Positions 14,892 through 23,943 of a stretch of 64,000 nucleotides of DNA are shown here, piece by piece. A model generated the notes under the pieces. The model worked only from the letters and a program-made list of their open reading frames with translations, did not search any database and was not told where the DNA came from. Every line of letters begins with the position of its first letter. Within the stretch, counting starts at the first letter, position 1. This DNA comes from a virus, in the IMG/VR virus record IMGVR_UViG_3300009514_000004, positions 14,387-78,386 of that record. One strand, given 5' to 3'. Both the position numbers and the translations under genes were made by a program.

Positions 14892-14967
14892 GCGTCCGTG
14901 GTCTAACTGGAAAGGCGCTCGGCTTCTAACCGGGAAGATGGGGGTTCGACTCCTCCCGGACGCGCCA
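14892..14967 (+). tRNA. tRNA-Arg(TCT)
   Basis: GCGTCCG/CGGACGC, loop CT-TCT-AA, CCA. Confidence 0.93.
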
Positions 14968-14996
14968 CCAACACAGAAGGAGAAAGGAGAGCAGAA

Positions 14997-15515
14997 ATGG
15001 ACACCCTTGTACTCAGCATGGCTTTCGAGCCTATGGACCAGATCGACTGGCAGAGGGCGATGACCCTCTGGATGGGTGGTCGGGTCGAGGTCGTAGAGGC
15101 TTATGATGACCGGGTGTGTCGAACGTCGACCGATGAGTACCAGGTGCCTGCGGTGGTCCGCTTCTTGAACTCGCTTCGACGCCGGCGCAGATCGGTCCGC
15201 TTCTCCCGGGACAACGTCTTCTTACGCGACAGCGGGCGGTGCCAATACTGCCTCCGCCGCATCGCGAGAGACGCGGCCACGTACGACCACGTCGTGCCTC
15301 GAGCCCAGGGCGGGGTCACGAACTGGAAGAACGTCGTCATCGCGTGCTCTCCGTGCAACCAGCGGAAGGCCGACCGGACTCCAGAGCAGTCGGGCATGTA
15401 CCCGCGCAACTCCCCGGTGAGGCCGCGCCACCTTCCGGATGTCCGGGAGATGCAGCTCCGACGCCGCAAGGCGAACATGCCAGAGATCTGGTTGCCCTAC
15501 CTGGGCCTGTCCTGA
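14997..15515 (+). CDS. HNH endonuclease (McrA-like)
   Basis: FSRDNVFLRD..RCQYC, TYDHVVPRAQGG and AC..CNQRK motifs. Confidence 0.92.
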   Translation: MDTLVLSMAFEPMDQIDWQRAMTLWMGGRVEVVEAYDDRVCRTSTDEYQVPAVVRFLNSLRRRRRSVRFSRDNVFLRDSGRCQYCLRRIARDAATYDHVVPRAQGGVTNWKNVVIACSPCNQRKADRTPEQSGMYPRNSPVRPRHLPDVREMQLRRRKANMPEIWLPYLGLS

Positions 15516-15524
15516 AGATCAGAT

Positions 15525-15558
15525 AGGGGGACTCAGCCGCGTGCTGAGTCCCCCTTTG
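15525..15558 (+). terminator. intrinsic terminator-like hairpin
   Basis: 13-bp stem AGGGGGACTCAGC/GCTGAGTCCCCCT followed by TT. Confidence 0.7.
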
Positions 15559-15624
15559 TCGTCTGGTCGGGTACCCCTTCTATAGCTCGTCCTGTGTGTA
15601 GGACCTCTATGGGAGGGAACCCTG

Positions 15625-16725
15625 ATGCCGCTGGAACCGACCTTCTCAATTCGCGTGAGCCACACTGGCGTGTTTGCGGACGGACGCGCGAACACCGAGT
15701 CGATTTTCATCCACGACCTCGAGTCGGGGGACGGGGAGCAACGCTTCCAGAACCACCAGGTGCCCTCCTACGTCCCGGTCGCCGGGTCCCTCGAGCTGCC
15801 GCTGTCGGCCCGGGTGTTCATGTCGTTCTCCCAAGGTGCCATCGCGGGCCTCTTCGACGCAGGGCTCGTCGATGTCGAGATCGTCGACCCAGGGCTTGGG
15901 ACCACCGGCATGTCGGTCTGCGACGGCCAGAGCACCAAGGAGTTCGAGAACGGCAGTTGGGAGTACCCCTGGAAGACCATCCAGCGAGGCATCAACGCGA
16001 TGCACGGCGACCCCGACGACATGACCCCCGCCGGGCCCACCGAGGCCGGCGAGGTGCGGACGATGTACATCATCCCCGGCACCTACGACGAGGACATCGT
16101 CCTGCCGCCCGCCGGCGCCATCAGCCTCGTCGCGTTCGGGGGAGGTGTCTCGATCGGCACCGTCACCTCCCCACGGTCGGTCACCCGCGTCGTCGACCCC
16201 ACTCTGAACCCCGATGCTCCCCTGGTCCCGGTCCTCTCGCTGCTGACCAACTCCGTCCAGGGCGGCGGTATCGGCGTTTTCGGCGACATCACGTTGTCAG
16301 ACATCGGCGCGGGTCAAATCCAGAACTTCATCTGGGAGGCTGGCCTCCTGCTGGGCGACTTCGACGCCACCAGCCAGTCTCTGGCCCTGAACATGACTCT
16401 GAACCGCTGCCTGTTCGTCTCCACGACCTGGACGGCGCCTACGGGTATCCTGCCGGCACGGGACACACGGTGGCTCGCAGGGACACCCTCGGTGGACGAG
16501 CTTGGCGCCGTGGTCACCGGCTGTGAGTTCGCAGCAGGCTTTACGGTCGCCGGCAACTCCCTGGACCCGGTGCTGACCAACTGCGACATCAGCGGGACCG
16601 TGACCTCCCCCACCGATTTCAGGGTCGATTTCACCACCAACGGGTACATGGCCGACAACGGCGTGGCCCTTGCCGGGGGCTGGACCACGACCATCCCGGT
16701 CGGCCGCACCACCGCGTACCCGTAG
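15625..16725 (+). CDS. probable virion protein with beta-helix-like region
   Basis: GS.EYPWKTIQ.GI and I.PGTY.E motifs typical of pectin-lyase-like caps. Confidence 0.65.
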   Translation: MPLEPTFSIRVSHTGVFADGRANTESIFIHDLESGDGEQRFQNHQVPSYVPVAGSLELPLSARVFMSFSQGAIAGLFDAGLVDVEIVDPGLGTTGMSVCDGQSTKEFENGSWEYPWKTIQRGINAMHGDPDDMTPAGPTEAGEVRTMYIIPGTYDEDIVLPPAGAISLVAFGGGVSIGTVTSPRSVTRVVDPTLNPDAPLVPVLSLLTNSVQGGGIGVFGDITLSDIGAGQIQNFIWEAGLLLGDFDATSQSLALNMTLNRCLFVSTTWTAPTGILPARDTRWLAGTPSVDELGAVVTGCEFAAGFTVAGNSLDPVLTNCDISGTVTSPTDFRVDFTTNGYMADNGVALAGGWTTTIPVGRTTAYP

Positions 16726-16734
16726 GAGTAGCTC

Positions 16735-16917
16735 ATGGCGATCATCACCGCCGACGACGTCAAGACCCGGCTGATCTCCAACAAGCAGATCGTCGACGAC
16801 AACGCCCGTGCGGCCGATTTCGACACGCTCAAGGACGACATCGAGGAGACCTGGGGCACCGGGAAGACCGACGCGGTCGTTTGCCGGGCCCTCGAGGAGA
16901 TGCGCGCAGGGATCTAG
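16735..16917 (+). CDS. hypothetical protein
   Basis: RBS AGGAG; GC3 bias. Confidence 0.7.
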   Translation: MAIITADDVKTRLISNKQIVDDNARAADFDTLKDDIEETWGTGKTDAVVCRALEEMRAGI

Positions 16918-17114
16918 CTGTGTAGCCCGGCGTCGCACTTCTCTCCGGGGTCGGCCTTGCAGACAGGGCACACCCCTGGGGGCACGTTGGGGTCGTAGGC
17001 AGGGTGCCGGATGGCCGGAGTCTCGGTCTGTCTCCGCCGCCCTCCGGTGGGCCAGATGACCAGGGACAGAAGGGTGCCGGCGACCACGGCGACGGCGATC
17101 AAGAGGGCGCCCAT
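16914..17114 (-). CDS. small membrane protein with C-terminal Cys/His motif
   Basis: TM helix; CPVC..PGEKC..H. Confidence 0.65.
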   Translation of the reverse strand: MGALLIAVAVVAGTLLSLVIWPTGGRRRQTETPAIRHPAYDPNVPPGVCPVCKADPGEKCDAGLHS

Positions 17115-17115
17115 G

Positions 17116-17448
17116 TCAGTTCTCCTCCTGGAGAGCCGGGTTGTTCTCGAGCCACCAACGCGCGGCGTACTCGGACCAGGCCTTCTCTCCGGTATCAGCC
17201 CAGCAGACCAGGCGTATGGGGTGCTCGGTCTGGTCGTTGTGGAACTCGTTGGCGATCACCAACAGGCCTGTCTCATACCTATACGCTACAGGCCATTTCT
17301 CGGCCTCGGTCGCCTTGGTGAAGGCCTGGTGCCCCTCGGGGCCCAGGACGTCCTCAGAGACGGCCTCAGCGGTCTCCTCGATGTGCTGAGAGAGGTTGTG
17401 AAGGGCGGCCATCATGAAGATGCCGTCGAGGAACTTGTACGCGTCCAT
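17116..17448 (-). CDS. hypothetical protein
   Basis: Start MDAYKF chosen; GC3 bias. Confidence 0.65.
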   Translation of the reverse strand: MDAYKFLDGIFMMAALHNLSQHIEETAEAVSEDVLGPEGHQAFTKATEAEKWPVAYRYETGLLVIANEFHNDQTEHPIRLVCWADTGEKAWSEYAARWWLENNPALQEEN

Positions 17449-17459
17449 TCCGCCGCTGC

Positions 17460-17660
17460 TCACCAGATCAGCCCCTTGTGTCCACCGAGGATGAGATGCC
17501 GGCCGCCGCACCCGGTGCAGTGCGCGTAGCCGATGTCGCCGTACTCGGTCGCACCGAAGAAGGGGACATCCTGAGGCCAGACCACCATGGGCACGAGCAT
17601 CCAGAGGCGTCGCCAACAGCGCCGTTGGATGCCACGGTGGCGGCGGGCCCTCATGTTCAT
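17460..17660 (-). CDS. hypothetical protein
   Basis: Operon-like coupling; CxxC. Confidence 0.5.
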   Translation of the reverse strand: MNMRARRHRGIQRRCWRRLWMLVPMVVWPQDVPFFGATEYGDIGYAHCTGCGGRHLILGGHKGLIW

Positions 17661-17905
17661 GGAGGGATCTCCTCGGGGTTGTACACCCTGTCGGCGTCAG
17701 CTCGAGTCGCCTTCTTGCGCGGGAACCGGTTGTGCCACTTGCCGTACCTGGTGGCCGTGCCGTCACTGTTCTCCTTGGGCGCGCACGCCGAGCACAAGGC
17801 CTTGCCGACGACGTCGGGCGGCCACATCGACATGTTCCGAGACCACCAGAGCCCGCAGGCGGTGTTCTCGATCGACTTGCACTCCTGGCAGACGAACAGA
17901 CCCAT
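17657..17905 (-). CDS. Zn-binding hypothetical protein
   Basis: CQEC...C and CSAC. Confidence 0.7.
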   Translation of the reverse strand: MGLFVCQECKSIENTACGLWWSRNMSMWPPDVVGKALCSACAPKENSDGTATRYGKWHNRFPRKKATRADADRVYNPEEIPP

Positions 17906-18156
17906 CAGACCCCTGGCGGCCGGGCCTGCATCATTGCCCGGGTCAGCTCGAAGACACGCTTGGCGAACGCTTTGGGGTCCCTGCCTTGGTCGCGGTGTAC
18001 TTGGTTCACCCCGTAGCTGGATGCCAGTCCGACGGCGATGTGGGCCGCGTAGAAGTCGAACAGGGAGGGTGGGGTCATGTGGTCGGACTTGGATTCAGGG
18101 GTCGCGTTGCCGGTGAGGTCCACGCTCCTGCTGCTTGATGTTGTGCCCTTTAGCAT
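17905..18156 (-). CDS. hypothetical protein
   Basis: Coupled to the downstream ORF. Confidence 0.55.
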   Translation of the reverse strand: MLKGTTSSSRSVDLTGNATPESKSDHMTPPSLFDFYAAHIAVGLASSYGVNQVHRDQGRDPKAFAKRVFELTRAMMQARPPGV

Positions 18157-18257
18157 CGGAGTCTCCTTGGAACAGGGTCACGAAGCTGAGGATGATGTGC
18201 GCCAACCCCCAGACGATCAGGATGGCTCCGAGTATCCCGAGGACAAGCCACCACATT

Positions 18258-19037
18258 TCATTTTACTCCCTGGATGGGGTAGGTGTCGGGCCACACCTGG
18301 TCGCCTGACAGGGCCGTCACAGTACCCGAGGGCCAGTCGATTGTGGCCACCTCGAAAAAGTCGCCCTCGTTCAGCTGGACGTCGTCGACCTCGAGACGCA
18401 GCTCCTGGTTGATGTAGATCCGCAACGTCGGTGTCGCCGAACCCTGGTCGAGATCGTCCCAGTAGTGGATGCCCACCTTGAACGTGAGGCCCTCGTTTGG
18501 GCTGGGATTGTCCCACTTGATCGTTTCCGGACACGACCCGTCGAGGCTCTCGGTGAACCGAGGTCCTCCGCTTATCCACGTGGGGTGCTCGTTGACCCAG
18601 GAGCAATCGAAGGTGCTGTCGAACCACCCGTCGTCGGTGCCGTCCCCGTCGATGTCCAATCCCGAGGCGAAAGGGTGCACCAGGTGTAAGTCGAGGTCCG
18701 CGCCGGGGGTGTCCCAGGTCAGCTCGAGGTAGATCGGTGCCACCGGGGGATTCGGGCAAGTCGGGGTTGGCGGGCTATCTGGCTCGATGTCGGGCGTCGC
18801 GTCGGGGCCCGAGTCCGGCTCGGCAATGTCGGGCTCCGAAGTGTCCACGCCCGCGTCGGGCTCAAAAGAGTCGACATCCGGCTTGGGCAGCGGGGTACCC
18901 AACGGAGCTTGTCCAGGCTCGAGCAGGGGAGACCCACGCTCGGCCAGCTGCGTCAGATGGGGTCTGGGGAGGGCGCTGTCGCACGCCACGAAGGCAGCAG
19001 ACAGACCAAGGCATAGAGCTACGAGGTAGTGTTTCAT
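18258..19037 (-). CDS. lipoprotein with Pro/Asp linker and YfaP/DUF2135-like domain
   Basis: Signal ending FVAC; EPDAGVDTSEPD linker; LELTWD....DLDLHL motif. Confidence 0.75.
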   Translation of the reverse strand: MKHYLVALCLGLSAAFVACDSALPRPHLTQLAERGSPLLEPGQAPLGTPLPKPDVDSFEPDAGVDTSEPDIAEPDSGPDATPDIEPDSPPTPTCPNPPVAPIYLELTWDTPGADLDLHLVHPFASGLDIDGDGTDDGWFDSTFDCSWVNEHPTWISGGPRFTESLDGSCPETIKWDNPSPNEGLTFKVGIHYWDDLDQGSATPTLRIYINQELRLEVDDVQLNEGDFFEVATIDWPSGTVTALSGDQVWPDTYPIQGVK

Positions 19038-19083
19038 GCACTACCTACGGTAGCGATCCAGGAACTAAGCAATCCAGGATCGC

Positions 19084-19746
19084 TTAGACGTCGAATCGTC
19101 TCTCGGTCGGCGAGGGGAGGAGATCCTCGAGCTGGGCTATCGCCTTCCCGACGTACCCGGGGTTGGGTCCGTTGCGGAGCAGGTGGACCACGCCACGGAT
19201 ACCCTGCTCTTGCTTCTTGAGCTTCTTGAGGGCGGTCGCCAGCGGATGCTTGGGGCACTGGGAGATGTGGTCCTCGAGGACCTTGGCCATCGTCGCAGGG
19301 ACCTCGTCCTGGGGTCCGTACTGGTGGCCGCAGTAGACGCAGTTGATGTACATCCCCGACTGGAGGTCGTTGACCCACTGTCGAAGGGCACGTACCTCTT
19401 CGACGGAGCTGAGAGCCGCGTCGCGGCAGTGCTGGCACCACTTGGCCAGGAGCCCTTTGTCGTCCTTGCAGTTGGCGCACCCGGGTTGGTCGCTCGATTC
19501 GGTCTCGGGATCCGGTCCCGGGTGTTCGAGACGGTAGAGACGGCACAGGAGGTGCATCGCCTCATACTTGTTCAGACGGGTCGCCTCCGCGAGCATCTCG
19601 GCGCCCTCGTGCTGGTCCGTGTGGAACAGATCCTCGAGGTCGCCGAGCCAGTTGTTGAGGTTTTCTTCTAGAATCGACGAGTGGGTGATGACCTCGTCGA
19701 ACGTTTCCTGGGCTGCATACACGTCGGCGCGGTCGGCTTCATTCAT
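19084..19746 (-). CDS. hypothetical protein with Zn fingers
   Basis: CANC, CQHC and CVYC...H...C..HP. Confidence 0.7.
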   Translation of the reverse strand: MNEADRADVYAAQETFDEVITHSSILEENLNNWLGDLEDLFHTDQHEGAEMLAEATRLNKYEAMHLLCRLYRLEHPGPDPETESSDQPGCANCKDDKGLLAKWCQHCRDAALSSVEEVRALRQWVNDLQSGMYINCVYCGHQYGPQDEVPATMAKVLEDHISQCPKHPLATALKKLKKQEQGIRGVVHLLRNGPNPGYVGKAIAQLEDLLPSPTERRFDV

Positions 19747-20029
19747 CGTCGGTCTCCTTCGCCTTTCCAACCAGGACTTGAACCCCCGGGAACCGTTTCT
19801 TGAAGTCGGCGAGGATGTTCTTGGCCGCTTCTTCCTCCGAGAGAGGCTCGACGGAGACCACTTGGAGATCCGCCATCTTGACCTGCCTGGAGTACCGCTC
19901 GGCGAATGTGGCGGTCTTGGCCATGTTGCGCTGAGCAGGGGTCACGTCCTTGGGATCGATGTCGTAGAGTTTGGCCGCGATCTCGGTCATCTCGTCGGGC
20001 TTGCTTTCACGGTCACGTCTGCTGCTCAC
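19739..20029 (-). CDS. hypothetical protein
   Basis: Overlapping start/stop operon; AKTATFAERY motif. Confidence 0.65.
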   Translation of the reverse strand: MSSRRDRESKPDEMTEIAAKLYDIDPKDVTPAQRNMAKTATFAERYSRQVKMADLQVVSVEPLSEEEAAKNILADFKKRFPGVQVLVGKAKETDDE

Positions 20030-20328
20030 GGTCGCCTCTCAAACTGGACACGGTCTCCGCCGCAGTCGCGGCAGGTACGTCGTCCCTTGTGGTCGTCCCA
20101 GGTCGCGCCGGCGCCGCCACACGCCTGACACCGGATGGTCGCGGCGATCTCCCGGTACTTGCCGGCCTCGTGGTAATAGTCGAGCGTCAACATAGCCTGG
20201 CCAGCTACGACCCGGTGCTTGGACTTCTTGAGCTTGTCCAGGGTCTCGATGTCCAAGGCGTCGAGCAGCTCTCGGAGAGAGCGCGCCAGGCGCTCCTCCC
20301 CAAGGGTCTTTCGGCGCTCCGGGCTCAC
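20026..20328 (-). CDS. hypothetical protein with DnaJ-like CxxCxGxG motif
   Basis: CQACGGAG...CRDCGG. Confidence 0.65.
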   Translation of the reverse strand: MSPERRKTLGEERLARSLRELLDALDIETLDKLKKSKHRVVAGQAMLTLDYYHEAGKYREIAATIRCQACGGAGATWDDHKGRRTCRDCGGDRVQFERRP

Positions 20329-20558
20329 TCGTCTTCGACCTCGGTCTCCGGGAGGGGTTTGGCGGGCCGGCAGTAGAGGTAGTAGCTACCCTGGGAGCCG
20401 GCTCGACGCTCGGCGCGTGCGCGGCGGCGCTTCCAGTTCTTGCGGGACCGGGCGACGTGGGTGCTGTTGCAGCCGGCCGACGGGGTGTGCGACTCCCACC
20501 TGGGGCCGTTGTCCTGGATGTGGCCGTGGCCGCGCCTGTGGTTGGGTCCGTTACTCAT
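20325..20558 (-). CDS. small basic hypothetical protein
   Basis: Operon coupling; Arg-rich. Confidence 0.6.
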   Translation of the reverse strand: MSNGPNHRRGHGHIQDNGPRWESHTPSAGCNSTHVARSRKNWKRRRARAERRAGSQGSYYLYCRPAKPLPETEVEDE

Positions 20559-20769
20559 CCTGTAGTCCTTCGAGGTTCCGTTTCAGGTCATGAGCCAGGT
20601 GCCAGGTCTGAAGGACCTTTTCGGCCTCCTCGCTCATCCCCATCTCTTTCAGGCGTTCCGCGATCTGCCAGCAGTCAGGGACCACAATCTGGTTGAGAGG
20701 GACCTCTCTCCGTCGAGAGCCCCCAGGTGACAGAACGACGGTCCTGTTGTTTTCGACTCCGCTACTCAT
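20551..20769 (-). CDS. hypothetical protein
   Basis: Operon coupling. Confidence 0.6.
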   Translation of the reverse strand: MSSGVENNRTVVLSPGGSRRREVPLNQIVVPDCWQIAERLKEMGMSEEAEKVLQTWHLAHDLKRNLEGLQDE

Positions 20770-21190
20770 CGGGGTCCTCCTTGTAAATGCTCAGCCTCTG
20801 GAGGCCTCGAGTGTTTATACTCCCTGAGCACGTCCAGCAGGGTGGTCCTACGACCCTCTCTCTGAACTCGAGAGGGAACATGGTGTGCTCCCCACCCATC
20901 GCGTGTAACGTGCCGCCCTGGCCCTCCTGGACGACGCCCCAGGAGTACCCGAACAGGGTCGCGACCAAGATGCGGTCGCCAGTCTTGATGCCGCCCTCGG
21001 TAAGCACCTTGTATTGGTCGAGCCAGTCCTCATCGAGATCGGATTTGCCCTCCAGGTCGGCCTTCGGCACAAGCCAGATGGGTGAGCCCATCTCCTCGTA
21101 GACCGAGAACTTGATGGTCCGGTCGGCAGGCTTGGCCTCGAGGACGGTCAGTTCGGTCTGGACGGGAATCCTGGGGGGGTCGTCGGTCAT
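20762..21190 (-). CDS. hypothetical protein
   Basis: Operon coupling; GC3 bias. Confidence 0.65.
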   Translation of the reverse strand: MTDDPPRIPVQTELTVLEAKPADRTIKFSVYEEMGSPIWLVPKADLEGKSDLDEDWLDQYKVLTEGGIKTGDRILVATLFGYSWGVVQEGQGGTLHAMGGEHTMFPLEFRERVVGPPCWTCSGSINTRGLQRLSIYKEDPDE

Positions 21191-22153
21191 CTAAACCCCC
21201 GTTGTGCCGAGAATCTGAAGGTAGTGCCCGATGCGCTTGTAGTTCAGGTCCTCCAGAGTCTGAGTGAAAGCGTCCCGAACACTTCCTCCCCTTCGGGCCA
21301 AGACCATCCGACCGTCCCAGTATTTCGTGCGGTGGATGCTGCTGGTCAACAGAAATTTGGCGAGGCCGTCGATTTCGTTCTGGTTGTGCGGATCAGTCCA
21401 CAGGGCGTAGGCGAAAGTGAACCAACGATGGTGAGTCTGGCAATGCTTTCGGGTCTTGGGGTCCGTCACCGTCTTTTCGGTGAGGTCTAGCCACCATCGG
21501 ACTGACCGACAAAAATCCAGAGCATCCGGCGGACAATTGTGCCAGAGCTTATGGAGGACGCGTGGTGGTGGGGACCCTGACGGGGGCCACAACTTGTTCT
21601 TGATGTGTTGCGCGTTTTGATACGCTCGGAGAAGAGCCTGGGGTGTGAGAATCGAATTCTTGGCGACGTACACAGGGTCAATGTCTGCGGACCGGAAATG
21701 GTCCTTCCACAGGGAAGCCTCGATCATGAGGAAATCCGGCAACTTCCAGTTGCCGTCTGATGAAACTAGACGGACCCATACCGCGATAGGAAGGTCCGCC
21801 TTGACGAGGTCGTCGAGAGTGTAAATCTTGGCGGTCGTCTTCCGAGGGACCCCGCGCTCTTTGATGAGGGTACACCGTGCTTGACCGTCGCCCACAGCCA
21901 AGTTCTCCTTGGATACGCGAAGGAGGTGCATCGTGTCCCGCTGAAGGACCAGGTCGAGGACAGGGCGGAGTTCCCGAAGACGGGAAGCCGAGATGGCCCG
22001 CTGACAGGCCTCTCCCGTGTGGTCTTCCACTTTGATCAGGTTGACCCAGACCTTCTTCGGGTCCACCACGAAGTCGTGGACGGTCTTGGGTTTGAGTAGG
22101 GCGAACTTGTCCTTGTACTTCTGGTACTGCTTGATGAGGTAAGTGTCGCGCAT
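21191..22153 (-). CDS. ParB/DGQHR-like N-terminal domain protein
   Basis: LAVGDGQARC resembles the DGQHR motif; lower GC; RBS GGGGAGG. Confidence 0.55.
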   Translation of the reverse strand: MRDTYLIKQYQKYKDKFALLKPKTVHDFVVDPKKVWVNLIKVEDHTGEACQRAISASRLRELRPVLDLVLQRDTMHLLRVSKENLAVGDGQARCTLIKERGVPRKTTAKIYTLDDLVKADLPIAVWVRLVSSDGNWKLPDFLMIEASLWKDHFRSADIDPVYVAKNSILTPQALLRAYQNAQHIKNKLWPPSGSPPPRVLHKLWHNCPPDALDFCRSVRWWLDLTEKTVTDPKTRKHCQTHHRWFTFAYALWTDPHNQNEIDGLAKFLLTSSIHRTKYWDGRMVLARRGGSVRDAFTQTLEDLNYKRIGHYLQILGTTGV

Positions 22154-22154
22154 A

Positions 22155-22886
22155 TTATTCCTCCCCGAGGCCGAGGGCCTCGGCAGCGATCTCATGGATG
22201 ACTTGGAACACCGTAAGAAGTTCCTCGCGCGGCTTCCCGCGACCGGAATCCCGGCGCGTTCGTTGCCAGATAGTCTGGAGTGCCCGAGCCATCTGAGTGC
22301 GGGGGATTTTCTTTCGGCCCCTTTTTCGGGTCGTTGCGACGGTTCCGCTAGGGTCCAAGTCGCCCGGTCTTGCGCGCACCCAGACCGTGTTTGGTCGTTT
22401 TGTGGTGGGGTGAACACGTGTACAGCCCGTGTCGCGGACGAGCCCTCGCTCCTCGAGACCTTTCCTGCGTGATGCGGTGTCCTTTGGACTCTTGGCCCAT
22501 CCGATACCGTTGGCGCAGAGGAACTCTTGAATCTCTCTGTCGGTAGCTCCTTCTGTCCCGCGGTAGTCTAGGATTGCGAGAACTTGCTCAGCTTGGGTGC
22601 CGCTGAGGTCTGGGCCTTCCACGGGTTCTTCAGGTTCGTCCGTCCCCTTTTGTACGGCTACGAAAACCACGTAGCCGCCTACACGTCCCCCGGCTCTCCC
22701 GGAGCGTCGTTCACCCGTTGGGCGGATGTAACCTGCCCGGACCAAATTTCTGAGCGTATTCGTGATTTTGGTCGATGGCCAAGTCAAGACGTCTTGGATA
22801 TCTGCGTTGGTGATTCCCTCAGGGGACTCCGCAACAAGATCGAAAACCTGTCGGAGGTTCGAGCCCGGTGTAGGTTTCACTTGCAT
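22155..22886 (-). CDS. tandem winged-HTH DNA-binding protein
   Basis: Two units of V..L...GIT..EI...L...L...G.I..TG.R. Confidence 0.7.
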   Translation of the reverse strand: MQVKPTPGSNLRQVFDLVAESPEGITNADIQDVLTWPSTKITNTLRNLVRAGYIRPTGERRSGRAGGRVGGYVVFVAVQKGTDEPEEPVEGPDLSGTQAEQVLAILDYRGTEGATDREIQEFLCANGIGWAKSPKDTASRRKGLEERGLVRDTGCTRVHPTTKRPNTVWVRARPGDLDPSGTVATTRKRGRKKIPRTQMARALQTIWQRTRRDSGRGKPREELLTVFQVIHEIAAEALGLGEE

Positions 22887-23209
22887 CAGTCGTCCTCCAC
22901 CTCACCGAGCTGGATCAGATAGGCCTTGGCGGCGAGCGCCGCTTCCATGACCTGTTCCTCGGTCGCGGTATCGCCGTCCGGGAGGTCTCCCCCGTCCATG
23001 GCGAAGTGGTCGATGGAGCTGGAGCCCATCACGATCGCGTTCTCGCCGGCCCGGTGGAACACGATGATGCCCGCGGTCAGGTAGTCGTGGAACGGGTTGC
23101 CGGTGTTGAACACCTCGGGCTCGGCCTCGAGACTCATCTTCAGCTCGATGCCCTCGTAGGTAGCCGGGTCCCGATCGTCGTACAGGCAGCTGAGGTGCGC
23201 GATGCTCAT
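22886..23209 (-). CDS. hypothetical protein
   Basis: RBS GGAG before ATG 23209. Confidence 0.7.
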   Translation of the reverse strand: MSIAHLSCLYDDRDPATYEGIELKMSLEAEPEVFNTGNPFHDYLTAGIIVFHRAGENAIVMGSSSIDHFAMDGGDLPDGDTATEEQVMEAALAAKAYLIQLGEVEDD

Positions 23210-23943
23210 GGTTTCTCCTCCAACCCCAGCTCGACAGCGAGGAAGGCCACCAGGTGAGGTTGCAGGGGGCTGCGGCAGGACAGGGTCCACTCGTTCGGTT
23301 TCGGGGTCGCATGGAGGATGTGGTTGTTGAGGTTGGTGACGTCCCAGCGCGCCAGGTTCGGCGTGCCATCGTCCTTCTGTACGGGACGTGGGTGACAGCT
23401 CCGACCCATCATGATGTCGCAGAGCCGAAGAGCGACCTGGTTTATCGTCATCTCGTAGCTGGGCCGGACCGTGTACGTCATGACCTGTTCTACTCTATGG
23501 CCGACCGCCATGTTGGACAGCTCGATTTTGGTGTCGCTGTCGTCCCAGGTCTCCTCGAGGGTCAGGAACTTGTCGGCCATGTAGCCTTCCTCGAAGGCTG
23601 CGCGGGCCAGGTCGTCGATGAACAGCAGCTGTCCGTTCGTGGCGACATTGATGGGGATGTTGGTGACAACCGAGTAATCAGGGTCCATCAGCGCCAGGTC
23701 GACCTGCTCCCGGAGGTCGGAGAGCTGGTCTGCGTCCAGGTCGACAGCCATGAGGACCGCTGACGGTGGGAGCCGCTGGAGGCTGATACCTGGGGCGCCG
23801 AGGGCCTTACCAAGCCGGGCGTACGCGACTTCGAGGACCTCTCTGGTGACGGTGAGGCGTTCGGTCGGGATGTCGGTGTAGACGAGGATGACGATGCCCT
23901 CGTTGCCCTCGACGGACCAGTCGATCGCAACGGGGTTAGACAT
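23206..23943 (-). CDS. hypothetical protein
   Basis: Operon coupling. Confidence 0.7.
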   Translation of the reverse strand: MSNPVAIDWSVEGNEGIVILVYTDIPTERLTVTREVLEVAYARLGKALGAPGISLQRLPPSAVLMAVDLDADQLSDLREQVDLALMDPDYSVVTNIPINVATNGQLLFIDDLARAAFEEGYMADKFLTLEETWDDSDTKIELSNMAVGHRVEQVMTYTVRPSYEMTINQVALRLCDIMMGRSCHPRPVQKDDGTPNLARWDVTNLNNHILHATPKPNEWTLSCRSPLQPHLVAFLAVELGLEEKP

